From positions 358 through 52,600 of the forward strand of contig VBCM01000106.1 in the NCBI GenBank assembly GCA_005883675.1: 52,243 nt of DNA. Reading direction: 5' to 3'. The DNA comes from Betaproteobacteria bacterium (lineage in GTDB: Bacteria > Pseudomonadota > Gammaproteobacteria > Burkholderiales > SG8-39). The position numbers and the translations under genes are program-made. Below the pieces are notes generated by a model. The model was not told where the DNA came from, searched no databases, and saw only the letters and a program-made list of their open reading frames with translations. This document shows positions 26,431-36,269 of the stretch, piece after piece. Numbering within the stretch: the stretch's first letter is position 1; every line of letters starts with the position of its first letter.

Positions 26431-27014
26431 GGTACCGGCTGCTGGTGTTCGACTGGGACGGCACGATCATCGATTCGGCCGCGACCATCGCAAGCTGCAT
26501 CCGGCTCGCCGCAGCAGAGCTCGCGCTCGAGGTGCCGACGATGGAGCAGGCGCGCCATGTCATTGGCCTCGGGCTGCACGACGCCCTGCGCGCGGCGGTG
26601 CCGCAGCTCGCCGCCGAGCGTACGGCTGAATTCGTCGCGCGCTACCGCGAGCACTTCCGCGCGCGCGAGGACGAGATGGCGGCGACCGGCAAGAGCCGGC
26701 GCGGCCTGGAGCGCGCGCTCGAGGCGACGCGACTGCGGCCGTACTTCCGGGCGTCGCGCTGCGCCGATGAGACGAATCCGAAGCCCGATCCGGCGATGCT
26801 GCGCGAGCTGATGGAAGAGCTCGAGGTCCCGGCGCAGAATGCGCTCATGATCGGCGATACCTCGCACGACCTCGAGATGGCACGGGCCGCGCGCGTGGAT
26901 GCGCTCGCGGTGACCTACGGCGCGCACCCGGAGCAGGGCTTGCGCGCCTGCGGCCCGCGCGGCTGCGTGGCAAGCGTGGCGGAGCTCGGCCAATGGCTGG
27001 CGACGCACGGCTGA
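26427..27014 (+). CDS. HAD-IA family hydrolase (phosphoglycolate phosphatase-like), about 21 aa shorter than the family before motif II
   Basis: Contains FDWDGT, ATGKSR, KPDP and GDTSHD motifs. GTGA overlap with rluC. Confidence 0.8.
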   Translation: MRYRLLVFDWDGTIIDSAATIASCIRLAAAELALEVPTMEQARHVIGLGLHDALRAAVPQLAAERTAEFVARYREHFRAREDEMAATGKSRRGLERALEATRLRPYFRASRCADETNPKPDPAMLRELMEELEVPAQNALMIGDTSHDLEMARAARVDALAVTYGAHPEQGLRACGPRGCVASVAELGQWLATHG

Positions 27015-27349
27015 TCTGCGCCTCGCGCGAGCTCGCCGACTCCGGGCGCGGCGTGCGCTTCGAGATCGAGTATTTCGGCGAGCCGGCGGGCGCTTTTGCG
27101 ATCCGCTACAAGGGCGAGGTGCATGCCTATCTCAACCGGTGCGCGCACGTCGCGATGGAACTCGACTGGCAGGAAGGAGTATTTTTCGATGCCGACGGAC
27201 GCGATCTGCTTTGCTCGACGCACGGCGCGACCTATCACGCCGCCACCGGCCGCTGCGTCGGCGGCCCCTGCATCGGCGGGCGGCTCCTGAAGCTCAATGT
27301 GGAAGAGCGCGATGGCATGGTTTATTTCACGGGGTTCGAAGATGACTGA
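26993..27349 (+). CDS. Rieske (2Fe-2S) domain protein
   Basis: CAH...CSTHG ligand motifs, 118 aa. Overlaps the HAD gene by 22 nt. Confidence 0.8.
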   Translation: MAGDARLICASRELADSGRGVRFEIEYFGEPAGAFAIRYKGEVHAYLNRCAHVAMELDWQEGVFFDADGRDLLCSTHGATYHAATGRCVGGPCIGGRLLKLNVEERDGMVYFTGFEDD

Positions 27350-28295
27350 AAACGATCCGGGCTGGGAACGCAGCCTCATTACCAAGCTCGCGCAGGACGC
27401 GCTCGTCGAGCAGCGGCGCCGGCGCCGCTGGGGCATCTTCTTCAAGCTGCTGACCTTCGCCTACATCACTTTGCTGCTGCTCGTCATGGTGGACTGGAGC
27501 GGCCGTGCGGACTTCACCGGCGGCAAGAAGCACACCGCGATGGTCGAGCTGAACGGCATCATCGCGCCGGGCACCGACGCGAGCGCCGAGAAGATCACCC
27601 TGTCGCTACAGGCGGCGTTCAAGGACAAGAACACGCAGGGCGTGATTCTGCGCATCAATTCGCCGGGCGGCAGCCCCGTGCAGGCACAGACCATCTACGA
27701 CGAGATGCGGCGGCTGCGCAAGAAGTATCCGGACATTCCGCTCTACGCAGTAGTGGAGGACATCTGCGCCTCCGGGGGCTACTACGTTGCCGCGGCCGCC
27801 GACCGCATCTACGTCGGAAGAGCGAGCATCGTCGGCTCGATCGGCGTGCTGATGAACGGCTTCGGCTTTACCGGCCTGATGGACAAGCTTGGCGTCGAGC
27901 GCAGGCTCATCACCGCCGGTGACAACAAGGGCATGCTGGATCCCTTTTCGCCGCTGCGCGAAAAGGATAAGGATTACATCAACGTCCTGATGAAGGACAT
28001 CCATGAGCAGTTCATCGGCGCGGTGCGCGAGGGCCGCGGCAAGCGCCTGAAGGAAACGCCCGACATGTTCAGCGGCCTCATCTGGACGGGCGAGAAGAGC
28101 GTCGACCTCGGCCTGGCGGACGGCTACGGCAGCCTTGACTCGGTAGCGCGCGATGTGGTCAAGGCCGAAGACATCGTCGACTACACGCAGAAGGAAGGCT
28201 TCGCCGAGAAGGTGGCGCGACGCTTCGGCGCGGCGGCGGCGAGCTCGCTCGCCGAGTTCGCGCTGCGAAACTATTTCATATCTCCGATCCGGTGA
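27342..28295 (+). CDS. sppA: S49 family signal peptide peptidase (SppA, 36K type)
   Basis: N-terminal TM segment and INSPGGS...ASGGYY motifs. Confidence 0.85.
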   Translation: MTENDPGWERSLITKLAQDALVEQRRRRRWGIFFKLLTFAYITLLLLVMVDWSGRADFTGGKKHTAMVELNGIIAPGTDASAEKITLSLQAAFKDKNTQGVILRINSPGGSPVQAQTIYDEMRRLRKKYPDIPLYAVVEDICASGGYYVAAAADRIYVGRASIVGSIGVLMNGFGFTGLMDKLGVERRLITAGDNKGMLDPFSPLREKDKDYINVLMKDIHEQFIGAVREGRGKRLKETPDMFSGLIWTGEKSVDLGLADGYGSLDSVARDVVKAEDIVDYTQKEGFAEKVARRFGAAAASSLAEFALRNYFISPIR

Positions 28296-28388
28296 GGTGA
28301 ATACCGCACTGGCCGCCGGCGACCTGCGTCGCTGAGCGGGCGCCGGCGCCGGCCTAAGCTGCTGCCATACCACTAAGGGAGGCAGCAC

Positions 28389-28580
28389 ATGAAAACGCAT
28401 CTCGTAGCACTTGCGGTCGCCGTGACGGTGACGGGGCTCGCAGCCTTGGCAGTCGATGTCGGCATGCGCGAGGGCGCCGAGCGCGCCCGCCTCGCGAACA
28501 GCGAACCTGAGCGCGTGGTGATCACGGCGAGCCGCGAGGACCAGAAGCTTGCGGCAGCGACGACAGCGTTTACGTTCTAG
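28389..28580 (+). CDS. small secreted/membrane-anchored hypothetical protein (63 aa)
   Basis: Strong ribosome-binding site AAGGGAGG and the signal-like N-terminus MKTHLVALAVAVTVTGLAALA. Confidence 0.5.
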   Translation: MKTHLVALAVAVTVTGLAALAVDVGMREGAERARLANSEPERVVITASREDQKLAAATTAFTF

Positions 28581-29265
28581 CGAGAAGCAGAAACACCGCC
28601 GGCCGCTTGCCCAGGCTCGGGGGCGAACGCCGCCACTCGGCGATCGCCTGCGTGCGGATCGACTCGCTGGGCAGCGTGAGGCCGGCGGCGATGCAAAGGC
28701 GCGTGCCGCTCGCGCAGCTCGCGAGGAGCGCGGCGAGCAGCGCGTCGTTGCGGTAGGGCGTCTCGATGAAGATTTCGGTCTCATGCTCGCGCCGCGAGCG
28801 TTGCTCCAGCTGCTTTATCCGCTGTGCGCGCTGCGCGGCGTCCCTAGGGAGGTAGCCACAGAACGCGAAGCGCTGGCCTTCGAGGCCGGAAGCCATCAGC
28901 GCAAGCGTGATCGCCGAGGGTCCGACAAGCGGCACGACGCGAAAGCCGGCTACGTGCGCTGCCTCGACGAGCGCCGCCCCCGGATCCGCGATCGCCGGGC
29001 AGCCCGCTTCCGACAGGAGGCCGAGGGCGCGGCCGTCGCGCAGCGGCTGCAGCAGGCCGGGGAGCTCCTCAGGCGCCGTGTGCTCATTGAGCTCCGCGAG
29101 GGCGAGCTCACGCGGTTGGCAGCCGGCGGCGGCGAGAAAGGCGCGAGCCGACTTTGCGTTCTCGACGACGAAGTCGCGCAGCGTGCGAATGGTGGCGAGC
29201 GCAGGCGCCGGCAGCGCCTCCTGCGGCGTGCCGCCGAGTGGTGTCGGAATCGCGTAGAGGATCAA
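28570..29265 (-). CDS. SAM-dependent methyltransferase, tetrapyrrole-methylase superfamily (RsmI/YraL-like)
   Basis: ILYAIPTPLG...SEAGCPAIADPG...VPLVGPSAITLALMASG. The TTG start overlaps the maf stop (TTGA). Confidence 0.7.
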   Translation of the reverse strand: MILYAIPTPLGGTPQEALPAPALATIRTLRDFVVENAKSARAFLAAAGCQPRELALAELNEHTAPEELPGLLQPLRDGRALGLLSEAGCPAIADPGAALVEAAHVAGFRVVPLVGPSAITLALMASGLEGQRFAFCGYLPRDAAQRAQRIKQLEQRSRREHETEIFIETPYRNDALLAALLASCASGTRLCIAAGLTLPSESIRTQAIAEWRRSPPSLGKRPAVFLLLART

Positions 29266-29852
29266 ATGACCGGCACGCCGGCGCGCTCCAGCATCGCAGT
29301 TAGGGCGATGAGCGGCAGGCCGATGAGCGAGGTCGGATCGTCGGTTTCGATGCGCGCGATGAGCACGATGCCGAGCCCCTCGGCCTTGGCGCTGCCGGCG
29401 CAGTCGAAGGGCTGCTCGCGCCGCAGATAGCTCTCGATGCGCGCGTCGTCGAAGGTGCGGAAATGGACGCGGCACGGCACGACCTCGGTCTGCATGCGCC
29501 CATTGGCGGCGTCGAGCAACGCCACGGCGGTGTGGAAATCGGCGCTCTTGCCGCTGAGCGACCGAAGCTGCCGCGCGGCGTTCAGGTGGTCACCGGGCTT
29601 GCCGAGAACGCGGCCGGCGCGGGTCGCGACCTGATCGGAGCCGATGATCAGCGCATCGCGATACGCCGCGCGCACCGATTGCGCCTTGAGCGCGGCGAGC
29701 CTAAGCGCCGTATCGGCCGGTGCTTCGCCCGCGAGCGGCCGCTCGTCGACCTGCGGCCGGGCGAGCTCGAATGCGAGCGCAAGGCGCTCGAGGAGCGCCT
29801 TGCGATAGGCGGAGGTGGAGGCGAGAACGAGCCGCCGCGGCTGAGCCATCAC
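29262..29852 (-). CDS. maf: Maf-like nucleoside triphosphate pyrophosphatase (YceF type)
   Basis: LVLASTSAYRKALL...IGSDQV...GAYGIQ-like AKAEGLG. Position next to yceD as in E. coli. Confidence 0.85.
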   Translation of the reverse strand: MMAQPRRLVLASTSAYRKALLERLALAFELARPQVDERPLAGEAPADTALRLAALKAQSVRAAYRDALIIGSDQVATRAGRVLGKPGDHLNAARQLRSLSGKSADFHTAVALLDAANGRMQTEVVPCRVHFRTFDDARIESYLRREQPFDCAGSAKAEGLGIVLIARIETDDPTSLIGLPLIALTAMLERAGVPVI

Positions 29853-29893
29853 ATTGTTTTAGCGGGGGAAACGATGATATCATCCGCTGCTTC

Positions 29894-30388
29894 ATGTCGC
29901 ACCAGCCGGTCATTGACGGTTTTGAGTTCGCGACGGCCGGCGCGACACAGGAAGGAACGCTGCCCCTCAGCAGCTTCCCGCGACTCCAGGATCTGCTCGT
30001 GTCCGACGCCGGCGACGTGCGCTACGCCGTGCATGGCGTGCGCGACGAGCGCGGGCGCTCGAGCCTCGAGCTCCGCGTGCGCGCGACGTTGCAGCTGCGC
30101 TGCCAGCGCTGCCTCGCGCCGCTCCCCTACGAGGTGAGCGAGCAGGCGCTGCTCGTGCTGGCGGGCTCGCAGGCGGAAATCGACGCCGAGCCGCTCGACG
30201 TCGAGAGTCCGGATCGCGTGGTCGCCGCCAAGGACATGGACCTGCGCGCGCTGGTCGAGGACGAGCTGATCCTCGCGCTTCCGTACGCGCCGCGCCACGA
30301 TGGCTGCGAGGCGCGGCCCGAGGGCAGCGATCGGGGAGCGAGTTCGCCATTCGCCGGCCTGCGCGGCATGATGCAGCGCAAGCACTGA
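29894..30388 (+). CDS. yceD: YceD/DUF177 family protein
   Basis: CQRCL motif and an acidic C-terminal half. Lies immediately upstream of rpmF. Confidence 0.8.
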   Translation: MSHQPVIDGFEFATAGATQEGTLPLSSFPRLQDLLVSDAGDVRYAVHGVRDERGRSSLELRVRATLQLRCQRCLAPLPYEVSEQALLVLAGSQAEIDAEPLDVESPDRVVAAKDMDLRALVEDELILALPYAPRHDGCEARPEGSDRGASSPFAGLRGMMQRKH

Positions 30389-30407
30389 TTACAAAAGGAG
30401 CTACAAC

Positions 30408-30587
30408 ATGGCAGTCCAGCAGAACAAGAAATCGCCGTCGCGACGCGGCATGCACCGCTCGCATGACCACTTGAGCGCACCCGCGGTGGCGATCGAGCCC
30501 ACCACCGGCGAGACGCACCTGCGCCATCACGTGAGCCCGACCGGCTTTTACCGCGGCAAGAAGGTCGTCCGCGCGAAAGGCGAGTAA
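30408..30587 (+). CDS. rpmF: 50S ribosomal protein L32
   Basis: My own translation is [22 protein letters not shown]...[14 protein letters not shown] (59 aa, below the ORF-track cutoff). AAAGGAG upstream. Confidence 0.95.
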   Translation: MAVQQNKKSPSRRGMHRSHDHLSAPAVAIEPTTGETHLRHHVSPTGFYRGKKVVRAKGE

Positions 30588-30592
30588 GCCCG

Positions 30593-31609
30593 CTGGTCAC
30601 CCTCGCGGTCGACTGCATGGGCGGCGATCACGGCCCCCATGTCACGGTGCCCGCGGCGCTCGAGTTCCAGGCCCGTGTTTCCGATGCCGACATCGTGCTG
30701 GTCGGCGCGCGCGATGCGATCGAGGCCGAGCTCGCGGCGCACGCCGCGGCGGCCGGCGCGCGCCTGCGCGTGCACGCGGCGAGCGAGCTGGTCGGCATGG
30801 ACGAGCCGCCCGCGTTCGCGCTGCGCTACAAGAAGGACTCGTCGATGCGCGTCGCGGTCAATCTGGTGAAAAGCGGCGAGGCGCACGCCTGTGTCAGTGC
30901 CGGTAATACGGGAGCGCTGATGGCCATTTCGCGCTTCGTGCTGAAGACGATTGCGGGCATCGATCGCCCGGCGATCGCGACGGTGCTGCCGAACATGAAG
31001 GCGGGCTTCACCTATGTGCTCGATCTCGGTGCCAACGTCGATTGCACGCCCGAGCAGCTGATGCAGTTCGGCGTGATGGGCGCGATGCTGGTGGCGGCGC
31101 TCGAGCATCGCGAGCGCCCGACGGTGGGCCTGCTCAACATCGGCGTCGAAGACATCAAGGGCAACGAGACGGTAAAGCGCGCGGCGGAGCTCCTGCGCGC
31201 AAGCGGTCTCAACTTTTACGGCAATGTGGAAGGCGACGATATCTACAAGGGCACGACGGACGTGGTGGTGTGCGACGGCTTCGTCGGCAATGCGCTCCTC
31301 AAGGCTTCCGAGGGCGTGGCGCGCATGATCGTCGGCTATCTGCGCGAGGAGTTCAGGCGCAACGCCTGGAACAAATTCAGCGCGCTGCTCGCCACACCCG
31401 TGCTCAAGGCGCTGCGCGTGCGCATGGATCCCGCCAAGTACAACGGCGCGAGCCTGCTCGGCCTGCGCGGCATCGTCATCAAGAGCCACGGCGCGGCCGA
31501 TGCGCGCGCCTTCGGCTACGCGCTCGAACGCGCGCTCGACGAGGTGAGGAACAACGTGCCGCAGCGCATTGCCGAGCGCATGGCGCAGGTCCTGGCGCCG
31601 GCGGCATGA
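30593..31609 (+). CDS. plsX: phosphate acyltransferase PlsX (no canonical start upstream of the conserved N-terminus; first ATG at 30617)
   Basis: The conserved [15 protein letters not shown] begins 5 nt after the rpmF stop. The rest of the protein looks full length. Confidence 0.9.
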   Translation: MVTLAVDCMGGDHGPHVTVPAALEFQARVSDADIVLVGARDAIEAELAAHAAAAGARLRVHAASELVGMDEPPAFALRYKKDSSMRVAVNLVKSGEAHACVSAGNTGALMAISRFVLKTIAGIDRPAIATVLPNMKAGFTYVLDLGANVDCTPEQLMQFGVMGAMLVAALEHRERPTVGLLNIGVEDIKGNETVKRAAELLRASGLNFYGNVEGDDIYKGTTDVVVCDGFVGNALLKASEGVARMIVGYLREEFRRNAWNKFSALLATPVLKALRVRMDPAKYNGASLLGLRGIVIKSHGAADARAFGYALERALDEVRNNVPQRIAERMAQVLAPAA

Positions 31610-32565
31610 TCTACTCGCGCATCGTCGGCACGGGGAGCTTTCTGCCGCCGCGCGTCATGACGAACCAGGAGTTCGCCGCGCGCCTGAACACGAGCGACGA
31701 GTGGATCCGCACGCGCACCGGCATCGTGCAGCGGCACATTGCCGATAAAAGCCAGGCTTCGAGCGACCTCGCGCTGGAAGCGAGCCGCCGCGCGCTGCAG
31801 GCGGCCGACACGCGCGCGGGCGACCTCGACCTGATTGTGCTCGCGACTTCGACGCCGGACTACGTCTTTCCCAGCACCGCGTGCCTGCTGCAGGCGAAGC
31901 TCGGCATCAAGGGCTGCGCCGCCTTCGACGTGCAGGCGGTGTGCAGCGGCTTCGTCTACGCGCTCGCCACCGCGGATGCGTTCATCAAGAGCGGCACGCA
32001 TAAGCGAGCGCTGGTCATTGGGGCCGAAGTGTTCTCGCGCATCCTCGACTGGAACGACCGTGGAACCTGCGTGCTCTTCGGCGACGGCGCGGGCGCGGCA
32101 GTGCTCGCCGCCGGCTCGAAGCCCGGCGTGCACGCGAGCGTGCTGCGCGCCGATGGCAGCCACGCCGAGATCCTCTCGGTGCCCGGCAACGTGTGCGGCG
32201 GCGCCATCGTCGGCACGCCGTTCCTGCGCATGGACGGCCAGGCGGTGTTCAAGTTCGCCGTGCGCGTGCTGGAGGAATCGGCGCGCGAGACGGTGGCGGC
32301 GGCGCAGATGGCGCTCGAGGACGTCGATTGGCTGATTCCACACCAGGCGAACGTGCGCATCCTCGAGGCGACCGCGCGCAAGCTGGGTCTTGCGCACGAC
32401 AAGCTCGTGGTCACAGTGGATCATCACGGCAACACGTCCGCCGCCTCGGTGCCGCTCGCGCTGGATGAATACGTCCGGGCGGGAAAGATCCGCAGCGGCC
32501 ATCGCGTGCTGATGCAGGGCGTTGGCGGCGGCTTCACCTGGGGCTCGTCACTCGTCACGCTATGA
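31606..32565 (+). CDS. fabH: 3-oxoacyl-ACP synthase III
   Basis: Active-site AVCSGF, with HQAN and GNTSAAS motifs. ATGA overlap with plsX. Confidence 0.95.
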   Translation: MIYSRIVGTGSFLPPRVMTNQEFAARLNTSDEWIRTRTGIVQRHIADKSQASSDLALEASRRALQAADTRAGDLDLIVLATSTPDYVFPSTACLLQAKLGIKGCAAFDVQAVCSGFVYALATADAFIKSGTHKRALVIGAEVFSRILDWNDRGTCVLFGDGAGAAVLAAGSKPGVHASVLRADGSHAEILSVPGNVCGGAIVGTPFLRMDGQAVFKFAVRVLEESARETVAAAQMALEDVDWLIPHQANVRILEATARKLGLAHDKLVVTVDHHGNTSAASVPLALDEYVRAGKIRSGHRVLMQGVGGGFTWGSSLVTL

Positions 32566-33491
32566 AGCTCGCCATGGTTTTCCCGGGCCAGGGGTCGCAA
32601 GCAGTCGGCATGCTGAAGAGCTACGCCGGCCTGCCGGAAGTCGACGCCGTGCGCGCCGAGGCGGCCGAGGTGCTCGGCGCGCGTTTCCTACCGTTGCTCG
32701 ACGACGGACCGGCGGAAGCGTTGAGCCAGACGGTCAACACGCAGCCCGCGATGGTGACCGCCGGTTATGCGGCCTATCGTGCCTGGCGCGCGCTTGGCGG
32801 GCCGGCGCCGGAGCTCGCCGCCGGGCACAGCCTCGGCGAGTACACCGCGCTCACCGCCGCGGGCGCACTGCGTTTCGCCGATGCGCTGCCGCTCGTGCAT
32901 TTTCGCGCGCAGGCGATGCAGGAAGCGGTGCCCGCCGGCAAGGGCGCCATGGCGGCGATCCTGAATCTCGACGACGAGCACGTCGTCGCCGCGTGCGCCG
33001 AAGCCGGTGGCACGGTTCAGGCGGTGAATTTCAACGCGCCCGGCCAGGTCGTCATCGCCGGCGAGAAGGCGGCGGTAGAGCGCGCCATCGAGAAATGCAA
33101 GGCGCGCGGCGCGACGCGCGCGCTGCCGCTGCCGGTGAGCGCGCCGTTTCACTCGACGCTGATGCAGCCCGCGGCGGAGCGCCTCAAGGGACACATCCGC
33201 GGGCTGCACCTGGCGAAGCCGCAATTCGCGGTACTGAACAACGTCGACGTGGCGATCGAGCACGAGCCCGCGCGCATCAAGGAAGCGCTGGTGCGCCAGG
33301 CGGCCTCGCCGGTGCGCTGGGTCGAGACGATCCGCAGGATGGTCGAGCTCGGCGCGACGCACATCCTCGAATGCGGGCCGGGCCGCGTGCTCGGCGGCAT
33401 GACCAAGCGCATCGCGCCGCAGGTGCAGTCGCTCACGCTGCACGACCGCGCATCGCTCGAGGCGGCGCTGCAGGCGCTGCGGGCCGCGTGA
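32562..33491 (+). CDS. fabD: malonyl-CoA:ACP transacylase
   Basis: FPGQGSQ and GHSLGEY motifs. Confidence 0.95.
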   Translation: MKLAMVFPGQGSQAVGMLKSYAGLPEVDAVRAEAAEVLGARFLPLLDDGPAEALSQTVNTQPAMVTAGYAAYRAWRALGGPAPELAAGHSLGEYTALTAAGALRFADALPLVHFRAQAMQEAVPAGKGAMAAILNLDDEHVVAACAEAGGTVQAVNFNAPGQVVIAGEKAAVERAIEKCKARGATRALPLPVSAPFHSTLMQPAAERLKGHIRGLHLAKPQFAVLNNVDVAIEHEPARIKEALVRQAASPVRWVETIRRMVELGATHILECGPGRVLGGMTKRIAPQVQSLTLHDRASLEAALQALRAA

Positions 33492-34207
33492 GCGTGCTCG
33501 AGGGCAAGCTCGCGCTCGTCACGGGCGCTTCGCGCGGCATCGGGCACGCGATCGCCGCCGAGCTCGGCCGGCAAGGCGCCAAGGTGCTCGGCACGGCGAC
33601 GAGCGCCGAAGGCGCGGCAAGAGTGCCCGGCATCGGCAAAGTACTGAACGTGCGCCACACAGCGCAGATGGACGCGCTCGTCGCCGAGATCGAGAAAGGG
33701 GAGGGCGCCATCGCCATCCTCGTGAACAATGCGGGCATCACCAAGGACAATCTGGCGCTGCGCATGAAGGACGCCGATTGGGACGAGGTGATGGAGACCA
33801 ACCTGCGCGCCGTGTTCCGCCTGTCGCGCGCGGTGATGCGCGGCATGATGAAGGCGCGCTGGGGCCGCATCATCAACATCACTTCGGTGGTCGGCGAGGC
33901 GGGCAATGCCGGCCAGGCCAATTACGCCGCCGCCAAGGCGGGCGTGGTCGGGATGACGAAGTCGCTCGCGCGCGAGCTCGGCAGCCGCAACATCACGGTG
34001 AACTGCGTGGCGCCCGGATTCATCGACACCGACATGACGCGCGCGCTCGGCGAGGAGCAAAGAAGCGCGCTGCTCGCGCAGATTCCGCTCGGGCGCCTGG
34101 GCGCAGCCGCCGATGTCGCCGCCGCGGTCGCCTATCTCGCCTCGCCCGCTGCGGGCTATGTCACGGGCTGCGTGCTGCACGTCAACGGCGGCATGTACAT
34201 GGCGTAA
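33488..34207 (+). CDS. fabG: 3-oxoacyl-ACP reductase
   Basis: [12 protein letters not shown] and YAAAKAG motifs, ending in [13 protein letters not shown] overlap with fabD. Confidence 0.93.
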   Translation: MSVLEGKLALVTGASRGIGHAIAAELGRQGAKVLGTATSAEGAARVPGIGKVLNVRHTAQMDALVAEIEKGEGAIAILVNNAGITKDNLALRMKDADWDEVMETNLRAVFRLSRAVMRGMMKARWGRIINITSVVGEAGNAGQANYAAAKAGVVGMTKSLARELGSRNITVNCVAPGFIDTDMTRALGEEQRSALLAQIPLGRLGAAADVAAAVAYLASPAAGYVTGCVLHVNGGMYMA

Positions 34208-34239
34208 AATACGCCCCCTTTTTGGGAAGGAGAGAGTCG

Positions 34240-34482
34240 ATGGCGGAGAGCATCGAGCAAGCGGTCAAGAAGATCATCGCCGAGCAGCTCGGCGTGAACG
34301 AGGCGGAGATCAAGAACGATTCCTCGTTCGTCGATGATCTGGGCGCCGATTCTCTTGATACGGTGGAGCTCGTCATGGCGCTGGAAGAGGAGTTCGAGAC
34401 CGAGATTCCCGACGAGGAGGCAGAGAAGATCACCACCGTGCAGCAGGCCATCGATTACATCAAGGCGCACGCCAAGTCCTGA
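34240..34482 (+). CDS. acpP: acyl carrier protein
   Basis: The phosphopantetheine site is within [19 protein letters not shown]. Confidence 0.95.
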   Translation: MAESIEQAVKKIIAEQLGVNEAEIKNDSSFVDDLGADSLDTVELVMALEEEFETEIPDEEAEKITTVQQAIDYIKAHAKS

Positions 34483-34498
34483 CGCCGCCTCCCTTGAA

Positions 34499-35737
34499 GT
34501 GAGCCGTCGCAGAGTCGTCCTTACCGGTCTCGGCATCGTCAGTCCCATCGGCAACAGCGTGGCGCAGGCGTGGGCAGCCGCGCGCGCGGGCAGGGGCGGC
34601 ATCACGCGCATCACGCGCTTCGATCCGTCGCGCCTCGCGAGCCAGATCGCGGGCGAGGTGAAGAACTTCGACGTCGCGCCGTACATGTCGCCGAAGGAAG
34701 CGCGGCGCATGGACCTCTTCATCCATTACGGCATGGCGGCGGGCCTGCAGGCCTGGCGCGACTGCGCCCTCGAGGTCACCCCGGGCAACGCCGAGCGCAT
34801 CGGCATCAACTACGGCTCGGGCATCGGCGGCCTGCCGATGATCGAGACGATGCACGACGAGCTGCAGAAAAGCGGGCCGCGGCGCATCTCGCCGTTCTTC
34901 ATCCCGGGCAGCATCATCAACATGGTGGCGGGGCTCCTCTCGATCGAGATCGGTGCCAAGGGGCCGAATCTCGCGATCGTCACGGCCTGCACCACCTCGA
35001 CGCACTGCATCGGGGAGGCGACGAAATCGATCCGCTACGGCGAAGCCGACGTCATGATCGCCGGTGGCGCCGAGGCGGTGATCACCGAGCTCTCGATCGG
35101 CGGCTTCGCCGCGGCGCGCGCGCTCTCGACGCGAAACGACGATCCCGCCACCGCCAGCCGCCCCTGGGACAAGGACCGCGACGGCTTCGTGCTCGGCGAA
35201 GGCGCGGGCGCGGTAGTGCTCGAGGACTACGAGCACGCCAAGGCGCGCGGTGCGCGCATCTACGCGGAGGTCCTCGGCTACGGCGTCTCCGCCGACGCCC
35301 ACCACATGACTGCGCCGCCCGAAGACGGCGACGGCGGCTATCGGGCGATGCGCAACGCGCTGAAAGACGCGCAGCTCGGCGCGGATAGCGTGGACTACAT
35401 CAACGCCCATGGCACCTCCACGCCGCTCGGCGACCTCGCGGAGACGGTCGCCATCAAGCGGCTGCTCGGCAGCCGTGCGCACAAGGTGGCGGTGAACTCG
35501 ACGAAATCGATGACCGGCCACCTGCTCGGCGCCGCGGGCGCGGTCGAGGCGGTGTTCACGGCGCTCGCGCTGCGCGACCAGATCTCGCCGCCGACCATCA
35601 ACCTGCGTACGCCCGATCCGGCGTGCGACCTCGATTACGTGCCGAACAGCGCCCGCAAGATGCCGATGCGGGTGGCGCTGTCGAACTCGTTCGGCTTCGG
35701 CGGCACGAACGGCACCCTCGTCCTCGGGCACGCTTGA
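34499..35737 (+). CDS. fabF: 3-oxoacyl-ACP synthase II
   Basis: [17 protein letters not shown] and the GFGGTNG tail. GTG start. Confidence 0.93.
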   Translation: MSRRRVVLTGLGIVSPIGNSVAQAWAAARAGRGGITRITRFDPSRLASQIAGEVKNFDVAPYMSPKEARRMDLFIHYGMAAGLQAWRDCALEVTPGNAERIGINYGSGIGGLPMIETMHDELQKSGPRRISPFFIPGSIINMVAGLLSIEIGAKGPNLAIVTACTTSTHCIGEATKSIRYGEADVMIAGGAEAVITELSIGGFAAARALSTRNDDPATASRPWDKDRDGFVLGEGAGAVVLEDYEHAKARGARIYAEVLGYGVSADAHHMTAPPEDGDGGYRAMRNALKDAQLGADSVDYINAHGTSTPLGDLAETVAIKRLLGSRAHKVAVNSTKSMTGHLLGAAGAVEAVFTALALRDQISPPTINLRTPDPACDLDYVPNSARKMPMRVALSNSFGFGGTNGTLVLGHA

Positions 35738-36177
35738 GCGGCGCGCTGCGCTTGCAGCTCGCACCCTCGCGGCCGCTGGCGGCGCTCATCGTGATGGCGC
35801 ACGCCTCGGCGGCGGCTGCGGTTTATGGGCTCCTCGGCGGGACGATGGGAGCTCTCGCCGCAGCGGCATTCGTTGCGCTCGGCGCAGCCGCCGCCCGCAG
35901 CCGCGCGCTGCTTGCCGCCGGCAGCTCAGTGCGGGCGATCGAAATCGGCGGCCCTGAGCCGGTCTTCGAGCTTGCCAACGGCGCGCGCCTTGCCGCCCCG
36001 GTGGCGGCGCGCCGCTACGTCACGCGCCACGTCGTCGCCTTGCCGCTCGGCGGCGAGCTGCGGCGCACGCTGCTCGTCACCGGCGACATGCTCGGCCGGG
36101 AAGAGTTCCGGCGGCTGCGCCTGTGGGCGCTTTGGAACCGGCTGCCCGGCGTGGCGCCGAAACAACTCGCCGCCTAG
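35734..36177 (+). CDS. YgfX/CptA-like small inner-membrane protein
   Basis: Two TM segments followed by ...[21 protein letters not shown], which resembles E. coli YgfX ...LWLAADSMDEAEWRDLRRILL (recalled from memory). TTGA overlap with fabF. Confidence 0.45.
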   Translation: MSGALRLQLAPSRPLAALIVMAHASAAAAVYGLLGGTMGALAAAAFVALGAAAARSRALLAAGSSVRAIEIGGPEPVFELANGARLAAPVAARRYVTRHVVALPLGGELRRTLLVTGDMLGREEFRRLRLWALWNRLPGVAPKQLAA

Positions 36178-36198
36178 GCGCGAGCCGTGCCGCGCCTC

Positions 36199-36225
36199 GA
36201 ACTATTTCACGCGAGCCGCGTCTAT
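36199..36225 (+). promoter_or_regulatory. candidate sigma-E (AlgU/RpoE)-type autoregulated promoter GAACTA-N16-TCTAT
   Basis: Matches the GAACTT-N16/17-TCtgA consensus and lies 45 bp upstream of the rpoE ATG. Confidence 0.45.
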
Positions 36226-36269
36226 GGCACATAGGCGTTGCAGACGGGGTGGGGAGCCCTCGCCGCGCG

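Noticed and set aside
33560-33660. FabG is about 6 residues shorter than E. coli FabG between GTATS and LNV. UvrC is perhaps ~10 residues short near 49990-50030, and the anti-sigma factor is short at 165 aa.
   Set aside because: These are variable loop or linker regions in the respective families. The differences are within normal variation, and I cannot distinguish them from natural divergence by eye.
34208-34498. Very short fabG-acpP (32 bp) and acpP-fabF (16 bp) spacers as further deletion sites.
   Set aside because: All flanking genes have intact starts and stops, so the sequence gives no positive evidence of loss. It is noted only as part of the general compaction.
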